From positions 496,001-560,000 of the forward strand of contig CAJFCJ010000027.1 in assembly GCA_904063045.1 (NCBI GenBank): DNA of 64,000 nt, read 5' to 3'. Both the position numbers and the translations under genes were made by a program. The stretch is from Dimorphilus gyrociliatus. Its lineage: Eukaryota > Animalia > Annelida. A model generated the notes under the pieces. That model was not told the DNA's origin, made no database searches, and saw only the letters and a list, made by a program, of their open reading frames with translations. Shown one piece after another: positions 53,690-64,000 of this stretch (its first letter is position 1; the number at the start of each line of letters is the position of its first letter).

Positions 53690-53775
53690 ATACAATATAT
53701 ATATATATATTTATATATATATATATGTATATATATATATTTATATATATATATATGTATATATATGTGTGTGTG
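53690..53775. repeat. (TA)n tract with internal tandem duplication, ending in (TG)n
   Basis: Read directly from the sequence. Confidence 0.9.
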
Positions 53776-56729
53776 TATATCTGTCTGCACCATGTGCTTT
53801 TATGTAAATAAATATAAAAAACCAACGTAAAACAGGTTTATATGAAATTAAAAGCAGTAGAAGGAGTGAGTTGAATAATGATATCACTCTATATAGCCTT
53901 AATAAATAAGTAGAGAAACCTTCTGTAAATGAAGGGCTTAACTGAAAAATATGAAATGTTTAATTCATATAGATTTTTAATTGAAAATATTAATAGGCAA
54001 AAATAATAAAACTCCATCCAGTACTGTTTCAACAAGGTTTCCAATGCACATAATTTCAATAATATATATATATATATACTATATACAATATGTATAACTA
54101 TAAATATACGCGTTTACCGTATATAATATACTCTATATAGAGAATATTTTTATAAAATATGCCTTTATAACAGAAGCGTCTATTCAAAATAATTTATTTA
54201 ACTCCTATATAAATACTCATATATTTTTTGTGGTTATGTTTCCTTTTAAAGATTTATGATCAACAGCGTAGTTGGACTTTGACAAACAATCTTTACTTTT
54301 GGTCTTATTTTATCCATATTCTGAATATTGTCTTATCTACTTGAGCGTTTCTTTTATGTAAATATTTCATCTAAATCTTATATTACCGGCTAATATCTAA
54401 AACATCAAGTAATATTACACTCTTTGCTCTAAACAGAAGAATGAAGAGTTAAACCTTTACCATACACATTTCTCTTTTAGAAATAGAATTCTTCCAATAT
54501 TGTTGCTTTTTTAAAAATTGTCTCGTAAAATGTCTGTTTTTAATCGATCATTAAAAAGTGAAGGGAAAAAAGTTGATCGAAAGGATTAATAATAAGAAGA
54601 TTATCTCATTAAAGATTTATTTTAAAGCCGTTTTAGGATGAACAAATTAATTGTTTTTAGCTTAGCTAATAGATAACTGAAGAAACGAAAAATACTTAAC
54701 CGACTGTTGTAAAGTGTAAAGTATTCTTACATAACCATAATAGCACTATAATTAAACATATACAATATATATACATATACTGTATATATATATATATATA
54801 TACCGACACTTGTACCATTACATTAAAATATAGACGAATATGCCAGATTTAGCCAACTGCTAAAAACTTGACTTGAGCTGGAAAAGAAAAAAAAACCATT
54901 AGAAGAGAAGTTCTAAGTAGGAGAGGAGCTTTTCCCCGACGAGAGATCATCATTAATTTTTTGACGCGTACTATTTCGTGCTTAGAATCTTATTTAAATA
55001 AAAAAAAAGTAAAAAAAAAACATTTTAGACGCTTCCTCACTGATAGCCGTTTAATTTCAAGTGAAAAAAGATTGATCGGAACAATTATATGCAGTCTATA
55101 ACCTGTTGAAAAGGGACGTTAGCTTTTTTTGCAATTGATTTTTCCCTTTTTGCGAGCTTTATATATATATATATATACCTATATATTTATTTATAAATAG
55201 GGGAAAAACTACTACTATTTTATCGATTTACATCATTTTATACACTGACTTTTTATTTTAATTTGTTTAAGGTGTTTTTAATACAATTTGTCGACCGAAA
55301 ATATCTGTTTAAACAATCTGTTTTTCACATTGCCTGAGATAGTTTCAGGACGATTAATTATCTGTAAACAGGGTCGCTCGATGATTAGTAGCGCCCTCTT
55401 CTTTTTTTCACCATTTATGACATTCGGATGACCTTCGAGTTGGCTGCCATATATTTAAGATATCGCTCTTTAACCTATCATATACGCTACTAGACGATTT
55501 CGAGGGCTTGAAATCGATATCATTTCTTCAGAGATATTTGTGTTCCGGTTTGTGAAGATTCATAGAACGTATTTATTGATGTTTGTATAGAGAAAAAGAC
55601 TAGTTTATTTTAAAGCTACAAAAGAAAGAGAATCTATAGATTCACTCTTTATTGATGTAGTTTCTGTGACGGAAACTGTTATTTATAGTCTGTAATGTTA
55701 AATATGAACGACCTTATCAATATATAATATGTAACATAGTCAAAAGACTATTAAGAATTAACGACGATATAAAACAATAGTCATTAAATGTAAAGTTGAC
55801 CTTAAAAGGTAATATGCACTTGTAGAATATCTTCTCATTAACCAGCGTACAGATACTACTATAATCACGTTTTATGTCGTCATTAAAAATGGAGAGCAAG
55901 AAGGAGAGAGAGTGAGAGAGAGTGAGAGTGAGTGAAAGAATGAAAAAGATGGAAAAAGCTATATTTTTCCATCTTCAACAGAAACGCTCAATGAATAGCT
56001 AATTTTTACATGATTGCATGACTATCTCTAATCAAATATTTTATCACAATAGATTATACTACTGAGTACTTTTCTAATTACATCAAGCAAGCCAACCTAA
56101 AGGTATTAACTGACCTTACACTTGGATGAGTTTGTTCATTAATTAAACTAGCTATCTGTTATCTTAAAACATATATACATATATACATATATATAAATTT
56201 TATATATATTTATATATTATTTGTTTCATGCAGTTCAAATGCTACGGTTGCCATTCTTTCTCATAACAAGGTGAGAGAGTTCATAATTGAATAGTTTTAA
56301 CTATTGCTATTGTTTCTCTCGTTTGCTCTTCCTTTCTTTTCCCTCTCACCTCTATCTCTGTTTCCTATATCTAACTTCCTCTCTATTCAGCCGATAACAG
56401 TTACTTTTTATTTTATACCTCTAATTTTCTTTCGATTAATCAATAGCCAATAACAGTACATATGTTTATTTTAGGTCTTAAAATACATCCTAACTGATAC
56501 ATTGCCTATAATCAAATGCTATTAACGACCTTATAATAAAAGTTCTAGATGAAACTAGAACATATATTTTATATGTTTGATATTACAAAGTCGTTTCTTT
56601 CATTGTCAATTGTACTCTATACAGTATGTATATTATTGATATAATTACTATATCCTAAGAGATATTTTCATAATCAGTTTATATACTCAAATCTGAAACT
56701 ATTAATCGTCTTAGGAAGACAAACAGTAT

Positions 56730-57520
56730 ATGATATTCTATCGTATTTTGTATTTTCTAACAGCTTATCCATTGGTCTTGTCGCATACTTTTACGATCCA
56801 TCGTCATTCTCAAAGCTATTTAATTAGTAAGTTTTGTCAAATTCCTTTTGCTAGCAGAGGAAATATTAATTAAACAACTTAACTATTTTCTATTAGTTTT
56901 AACGTCTCGAATGATTATGAAACTTGTAAGTAAAACAGAATAAGAAAGAGAAAAAGGTTAGTATTAATGACTTACGCCATTATTAGGCAATGGAACGGAT
57001 ACAACTATTGAAATTAGAGACGTTAGTTATGAGAATTTAAAAGAATTATTAAAGATCAAAGACGAAACAGTACCTTATTTAATAGATGTACGAAATAGAA
57101 GTGAAATAGTTGAAACTTATCTTCTACCGAAAGCCGTTAATGTCCCATGTTAGCTTTTTATTCTTTCATTATAGATAAAATTAAATATAACTAAATATTA
57201 ATTATTCAAGTGCACGAATTAAATGAAGCCTTTCGACTTCCTAAGGACAAGTTCCAAGAGAAATATGGTAAATACAAAGCGGAAAAATCGCATTCGAACC
57301 TGATAATCTACTGTAGAAGTGGTGCAAGGGCCGTTGAAGGTTATCGATGTTTATATTCTATGGGATATATTAACATTAAGCGGTAAAAATAAAATTCTTG
57401 TAACTGCTAAAAAAAGAAATCTTTTATTGTCGCTCAAATTAGAATTAATATCCTGTTTTATTTCTTCATTACAGATACAAAGGATCCTATTTAGAATGGA
57501 ATGAACGCTTAGAGCAATAA
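56730..57520 (+). CDS. Single-domain rhodanese/thiosulfate sulfurtransferase (TSTD1/TSTD3/RDL-like) with N-terminal signal-peptide-like exon, 158 aa
   Basis: join(56730..56826,56987..57148,57211..57382,57475..57520) = 477 nt, frame-consistent (phases 1,1,2). Motifs are VSYENLKELL, LIDVRNRSE, AVNVPL, IIYCRSGARA (active-site Cys loop), MGY and YKGSYLEW. The gene is missed by the ORF track because its exons are short. The domain exons are high confidence; the exon 1 assignment is somewhat lower. Confidence 0.9.
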
Positions 57521-60417
57521 CATTATTCACTTTTGACAAATTTAATATTCATTTATGATAATAAAGTTTACACTTCTCATCTTTATTTTGTCATTTTATA
57601 AACTAGCTAACGACCATAAACAGTATCAACTTTAGTAGTTGTAAATTGTGTGTTTACAAGTAAATAATACGCTTATAAACACGTATTTTATATCCATTTT
57701 TCTTAAATTATTCACTATTAACAATTATTAAAGGAAAATTAATCCATTTCATCTCCATCCACTTGTCTCTCTCTCTCTGTCCTGGTGTCTCTTTATCTTC
57801 TTTTCCTGCTGCTCACTCACTTCAATATTTTTTGTAGTTATGTAAGCTTATTCTCTAAAACTTACATGATTCTAATATGACCTTATCGTTTACAAATATA
57901 GCAAAAAAGTCTGACACATCTTATGGTTCTATTGTATAATTAAAAAGAAGTTTTTAATAGAAGAAAAAAAACGTATCTATTTGGAAACTATAAAAAATTC
58001 TAGGTAAATGCTTTTATAGAGACAAAATGTGATATTTTTATTCTTTCCTAGGATAATTTACTAAACTATTCATAGATCCTTTTATAGCAATTGTATATAT
58101 TTTTAGAGGATTGTCTTTATTGTAAGACTGTATAGTTTTCTCTTCATTCCTTACATAAATTCTTTTCATCTGCAAGAATTCTTTAAACATACCTTAGCAA
58201 CAAAGAAAATCAACGCTGTAATATCTATAAATAGATTATAATAAGTATAGAATTCCTATAAGCTCATCCTTCATCTTTTCTCACTTATAAGTACAGGTGG
58301 TTATTAATAAAATGCGACCTTGTATATGGAATCAAGTTCACACGGAATACCTCTGCTATAAAAAGTGATTGATAGTCAATAAACTGGTTTATGCTGCCGT
58401 CGTTTATAAAGTAAATCATTAAATATAAAGCAATAAAGTACCAAATGTATATGGTATATTGCAGTACGTACTATACATTATTATAGATATATATATATAT
58501 ATATATATAGTATATTAATGTATTCAGCAATGAACATAAAGGATTACGTTAGATGGTATCATTCACATAGAAGAAAGAGTATATCTTGTTAGTGTATATC
58601 TACGCTAATTCCTAATAATTACGTGACAAAACAAACTACTTAAGTAGAAAGAAAGGGAAAAGTCAGTTAGGTGTAAACGACTCTTTCGTAGAAGAAAGTG
58701 CCGGTTGACAATAAACAAACGTAATTTCTCTTATAATAACTTGTGTATATAGCTTTCAATCTTTCTTTTAAGCCATTTTTTTATATCATTCTTACTTTGT
58801 TCTTTCTTTTCCTGCCCGGCCTATTTTTATAAAGTATAGCCTTAAGAAACTATTATGAATTATACATTCTATGCCTTTGATTTATTACGCTTGCTATTCG
58901 TATACTAGTATTATTTTTTATATACGGATTAATTATATTAATAATCTTAGCTTAATCTATTCAAATAGAATGTAAGAGAAATTATTATGAAATAGAAAAA
59001 GAGAAGAGAGCAAAGGGCTCAGATTTAATTTTACAAAGAGTTAAATAATAGCATGTACGTCAACTGTATAACAAGATTAATTAATTGACTTCCAGGAAAC
59101 GTTTCTAATTTATAATATATGTTTTTGAAAAACACATTGTATCCTCTTTCTTTCACATCTTCACAATTGTTTCTTTTTCTCCGTACTCCAGTCACTCTTC
59201 CATACCTGCTTACTTTCTCCAACTCTTATTTCTCTCTCTCTCTCTCTATCCTTCCCCTCCCCTATATTTTTTCGGTTGAGAAGACTTGAAAGAAGTATTT
59301 GAGTAGTTGGAAAACTGTTAATAAAACACGATCTTTCCAAGAAATTACTTCATCTATAACCTTATCTTATTTTATTTTTCTAGCAATTTTCACACGCCAT
59401 TCATTAATTGCTTACTCGACAGTTGGATTAATTAAAACTAATCATTTTTATACTATAGAATTTATATCATAACAATCTTAAATCAATCTTTTCATTCTTT
59501 AATTTCCCATTCTTTTTAATAAACGCAAGAAAAGCAAAGAGCTATAACTAATGGAGGATTTCAGTTTTTTAGTTCAATAATTATTCGATAGGGGACTCTA
59601 CCAAATGAATCTGTTGATAAAGCGACATCTACCGCCAAAGGTATTGTCAAGGTTCCTACGTTAGTTTATTGTTATCGTATAACAAATAGACTTTACCCAT
59701 TAGTTTAGCGTAAATAAGGCGGGAAAATTGTATTCAACTGAATGAACTGGTGAAGAGATTATATCTAAATACTATAAATGAGGTAGTTGTTGGTAAATGA
59801 TAAAAAAAAGGATTAAAGTGAGATTTATTCATACCTTAATAATAAAGATTATAATCAATTAAACCATTGAACAAAGCATAGCCAAGTTTTTAACTAGAAA
59901 ATATGGTTGTCTTTTTTTTAAAAAAAAAAGAAAATGATTATTTTTTTATGAATTCTCTCCTGTGTTTAAGCAACAACGAACGAATATTTGAACAAGCTAA
60001 AAACGCAATAATAACACACTTTTTTTTTACCTGTTGCTTCTTCCATTAGGGAAACAAAACAAAAATTGATAAAGTCTTACTATTTGTTATGTAATTATTT
60101 CAAGTATCCTTTATAAAGTATATAGAAAATTCAATACTCTCATTGCTTTTTTATTTTTAGAGGTAAAGTTGATTAAAAGGAGAGAAAGAGAAGAACAAGA
60201 AGAGCACAAGGTTGTATATATAGACTACAGGTATTTATAAATATATGCCTTTCCTTCTTTTTTAATTGTTCGTCATTGAAATGATATAAGAGTTGGGCGT
60301 GAATAGGCTTCAACGACTATTACAAATAACATTCATTTCAATACCGTAGAAATTCCAGTAATAATATCCTAGATAGTAAGTGAATTTAACTATTGAATAA
60401 CTCTGTATGTAAATCTG

Positions 60418-60433
60418 GTCAATAGATGGCGCC
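60418..60433 (-). promoter_or_regulatory. CTCF-like motif (GGCGCCATCTATTGAC)
   Basis: Close match to the CTCF core GCGCCATCTAGTGG. This is the best of ~9 similar GC-rich motifs in the window; binding is not demonstrated. Confidence 0.4.
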
Positions 60434-60920
60434 TTGTCTATTTACAAAACACAGACTTAGTCTCAGTAGAGAGTTTGCGTCGAAAATATACAAATATCTA
60501 CATAGTGAAAAAAGGTAAAAAGTAATACTAATATGAAATAGAAAGAGAAAACTTTGAAAAGAAGGGAATGTTTCTTCAATAATAAAGAGAAATGGAGTAG
60601 AAGAAGCCAAAAAAGAAAACTATTTCTATTCTCATTCTTTCAATTTTAAGAAAAGATAAAAAAATAAGGTTTGTACTAATTAATTAATAAATTAATTGAT
60701 ATTCTTTATTTACATAAGTAAATAATAGATTATTATCGTATCTATTAAAAAATCATTATTCTATTAAAACTTCTGTTACATTTTTATGGTCTATCTTCCA
60801 ACTTTTACTCTCTTTTATGAGAATAAAAGCAGCTGGAAATCCAATTAAAAAACTCTCGACACCTATACAGTCCACCATTCACAATTAATCTCAATTAAAT
60901 GCTCCTCCATAATTGAACCA

Positions 60921-61899
60921 CTATTTCTGATAAATATTAAGATATAGCCGTTGAAATCGCCAAAGGCGCGCTTGGCGTAGTGCCAAAATGTTGATTGTAT
61001 ACGAAGTTCGAGAGAGTCCTTGATTGAATCGTGATGAAACTGGCCGTGAACAACACGCAGCGTCTACGTGCTGCGAGTTTTTCTTCCATAAAAGAAAGAT
61101 GAGAAACAGTCGATTATTGAAAGTTCTTTGTCGAAGAGCTTTTTTTAACGGTAAACTTACTATCCACCAATATCGATCTGGATGGAAAGAGAACAAACAA
61201 CAAAGTAAACGATTAGTTTTAGAACTATGTATGCTTGTATATATATATATATATTTATAACTTTTCATCTATATATAGGAATTATTCCCTTCCTAGTAGT
61301 GAACTATGAGATTTGTTATTAAATAGCCGAATAACTTCATTTTTTACTTGAATTGCTTTAGGGTAGAATAAATAATAATAGGGTCACACTTTTCTTAAGA
61401 CTCGTATCCATTTCTATAAGCGTTGGGCTCGTTCACATTGTATGGCCTCTTTTTTTGAGGTGATTTATATATTCTGGCCCCCTCACTTTAAAATGTAATA
61501 ACTCACTGAGGTATCCTCCTCCAAAAGCTTTCCATACTAAAGTATTAACAAGGCGTTTGTCTAGTTTTTCACAAAGTTTAACCAGCTGTAAAAGTTTTTT
61601 ACAATAAGAGTTATTTCTCTTTCTATTCTCATTCAAATGACTGGAAAAAAACGTACGCGAAACGATTATCAACCTCCTACATGGGTCGTTAATTACATGA
61701 TTAGCACACGTGCCCTTGGACTGAAATACCTCGTGTTTCTACTCTTTCTACCCTTTATCATCAAAGGATATTTTTTTAGATAAGAAATATCGAATGGTTC
61801 TTTTGAAGTTTTAGGGAGGCGACAGGTAAATTTTCTCGCTCTCCTACAGGCTGTATTTAGTACCCTTATAAGCTCCTTATGTATCGTTTGCTTTAACAT
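60921..61899 (-). CDS. Possible spliced orphan gene (basic ~156-aa protein) or lncRNA, containing a 17-nt microexon
   Basis: complement(join(60921..61070,61161..61177,61507..61640,61730..61899)) = 471 nt, frame-consistent. Splice signals are AG|GTATTT, TTTTTTTCCAG|, A|GTGAGT, TTTCCATCCAG| and |GTAAGT. No domain recognised, and the composition resembles random AT-rich translation. Confidence 0.3.
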
Positions 61900-62409
61900 C
61901 TTTTAAAGTATTTAATTAATAGTTGCCACGCTATGGACAGCATGCAAATTTCCTATTTAAATAAAACAGAGTAAGGGGGTGGCCATGTTATAAATATATA
62001 GAGAGTATATTTAATCCTCTTGCACGGTCTCGGTTTTTGATTTATATTTCCGCATTAAGAATGGAAAAAAGTATAGAATGATATTTTCTACCAGCAGATC
62101 TTGTTTAGCTTTTGAACGCTATTTGTTAACAACATAAAAAGATAATAATTAGTTGAAATAAGAGAGTGAATGGCTCATCTTTTCCTTTTCTGCTCTATGA
62201 ATTGATAAAAATAACTAGGTAGAGAAATAAAAGAAAACCAACCCCTAAAAATAGTTGAAAAATAGGTAAATAAATTAGGTTTATTTAAAATTTTATTATT
62301 CAAGTGAATTGAGCAGAAATGGAAAGTTTTCCTTTTTAAAATAAAAATAATAACATTATAGAAACTTACAAGATTAAAATAAGAAAAGAAAAAAGAAGAC
62401 GAAAGAGAA

Positions 62410-62490
62410 CTAATAGTAGAAATAGTAGTAGTAGTAATAATTGTTGTTGTTGTAGTACTAATAGTTGTAGAAGTAGTAGGAGTAGTTATG
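62410..62490. repeat. Degenerate (GTA)/(GTT) trinucleotide repeat
   Basis: tagtagaaatagtagtagtagtaataattgttgttgttgtagtactaatagttgtagaagtagtaggagtag; this explains the poly-Thr antisense ORF 62175..62522. Confidence 0.85.
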
Positions 62491-64000
62491 AACAGAAACG
62501 AAAGAAGAGAAGAGAGGGACAAAAAAGAGAAAAAGAATGAAGGAAAAAGATTTTTTTACGATGTTCAATAGAAATAAATCAACAACACTATTATTTATGA
62601 CCGTTTTTTTTTCTTCTTTAATTTCCTTCGTTCTTTCTTTCCATTCTCTCTTGAGCTATTAAAAATATTATATTAATTTATTTTTACTGCGTAAGAATTA
62701 TTATCTAAATATTCCTTTAGACGTAAAAAAGTTGACGAGGTTTTGTATAATAATACAAGAAAAAAAATACCCTAAGGTATGGGAACAGGTGAACCGGACT
62801 TAAAAAAAATCCCTAATAAGTCAACCCGAAAACTGATCCTGATGATTACATAATCTCGCATAAACAAATAAACAAGTGGATTGAATAGGTAGAAAAGAAG
62901 GTCCCGGGCATTTATGTCACGAAGCCGGCGGTTTTTGATGCATTGAAATCCCCATATTTACTAAAAACATATATAGGCGCAGTTTTAGCTGGTTCCCGCA
63001 TTCCTTAACGATAAAAATCGATGAAGATCATGACACGCTTACGTGCAACGGGTTTTTACATCAATCATTTCGGGTTATACGCAAAAAAACATGACATTTC
63101 TCATTTAAAATCACGTGAGCGTACATTTATTCAGATAGGGTAGTCTCGGATTTCGGTCATTCGTTTTCCCACTTTCCCTTTGTTATCGTTGGTGTCGAAC
63201 ACGCCATACCTAAGTCTTTGAGATATGCCAGTGTTCATCTTCCCTTCTCCAATTCTTTTATTCATCCCCTATCATTTTACACAAACAGCAAATATAAATA
63301 TTTATAAATATATAAAAGATAAAAGTTTATTCTGTATTTTCTATAATTGTATAAAGTATAAATACAACGGTAATATTATACTAGTTTAATAGTAAATTCG
63401 TGAATAGACCGGCTAATTTGCTCCATGTTTGTATACTTTATGGGAAGGAACGCTTAGATTTCAGATGAGGTAAAAACCTTTTAACCCCCGCCTTGATTGA
63501 CCGATAAAATACGAGAAATTATCCATATGCTTATTCGCCCAATTTCCTCTTATTTATTAAGCTGTCGGTATTGATTTATTTCAATGAAATGAATTGATTG
63601 GAAAATTGGTCGCAATTAGCTAATGAAATAAAGAAACGAATGAAAAAATAGTCTCCAATTACTGCTTTGTATAATCTTCCTTTATATACTTTAACTATAC
63701 AGAATAGTTAGTATACTAATATTTCTTTTTACGAGAATAATTTAGTCCCTTTCGGTAACAATTCAACATTCATACAATTGATAATGATTGATGCACGACA
63801 CGAGATGGCTGCTTTTTTTAATAGATAAAATTAAACTTAATAGAGATATTTGTTACCAATGATAGCCTATTGAATGATCTATTATCTCGATATATTTTCA
63901 AAATAAAAATACCTTAATATACACAGTATATCTAGCTCTTCGTTAGACATCTATAGAAAGACATTAGTTGAATTGAAATATTTAAAATTCCATTATTTCC

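Noticed and set aside
62760-63260. GC-elevated block with faint Bro-N/viral-like peptide fragments (PGIYVTKPAVFDALKSP; FYINHFGLY)
   Set aside because: Six stops in ~115 codons is about what random sequence gives, and there are no terminal repeats or diagnostic motifs, so it cannot be called an endogenous viral or transposon relic without a search.

Overview
This is AT-rich (roughly 25-30% GC by eye) eukaryotic, almost certainly invertebrate animal, genomic DNA. It has spliceosomal introns (several only 55-115 nt) and dense (TA)n/(CT)n/(CA)n microsatellites. The gene families suggest a compact lophotrochozoan (annelid-like) genome, but the species cannot be determined from sequence alone. I reconstructed six well-supported protein-coding genes by hand, each with frame-consistent exon chains: (1) a TENT5/FAM46 terminal nucleotidyltransferase (-); (2) a SUEL-lectin/CUB/Sushi single-pass receptor (+, 5 exons); (3) a secreted, probably GPI-anchored tandem vWA protein (-, 7 exons); (4) a secreted PAN + triple-gC1q protein (-, 3 coding exons); (5) an intronless EGR-family zinc finger (+); and (6) a single-domain rhodanese with an apparent signal peptide (+, 4 exons). 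Two weaker orphan models are a 106-aa secreted protein head-to-head with EGR and a spliced basic ORF near 61 kb. The most striking observations are about 20 exact TATAC[A/T]GTATA motifs in TA tracts that match Tc1/mariner excision footprints, AAG at 5 of 15 reconstructed 3' splice sites, a predicted extracellular rhodanese, and a 107-nt hairpin. No tRNA, rRNA, CRISPR array or intact transposase ORF was seen. All gene models are manual and lack transcript support.
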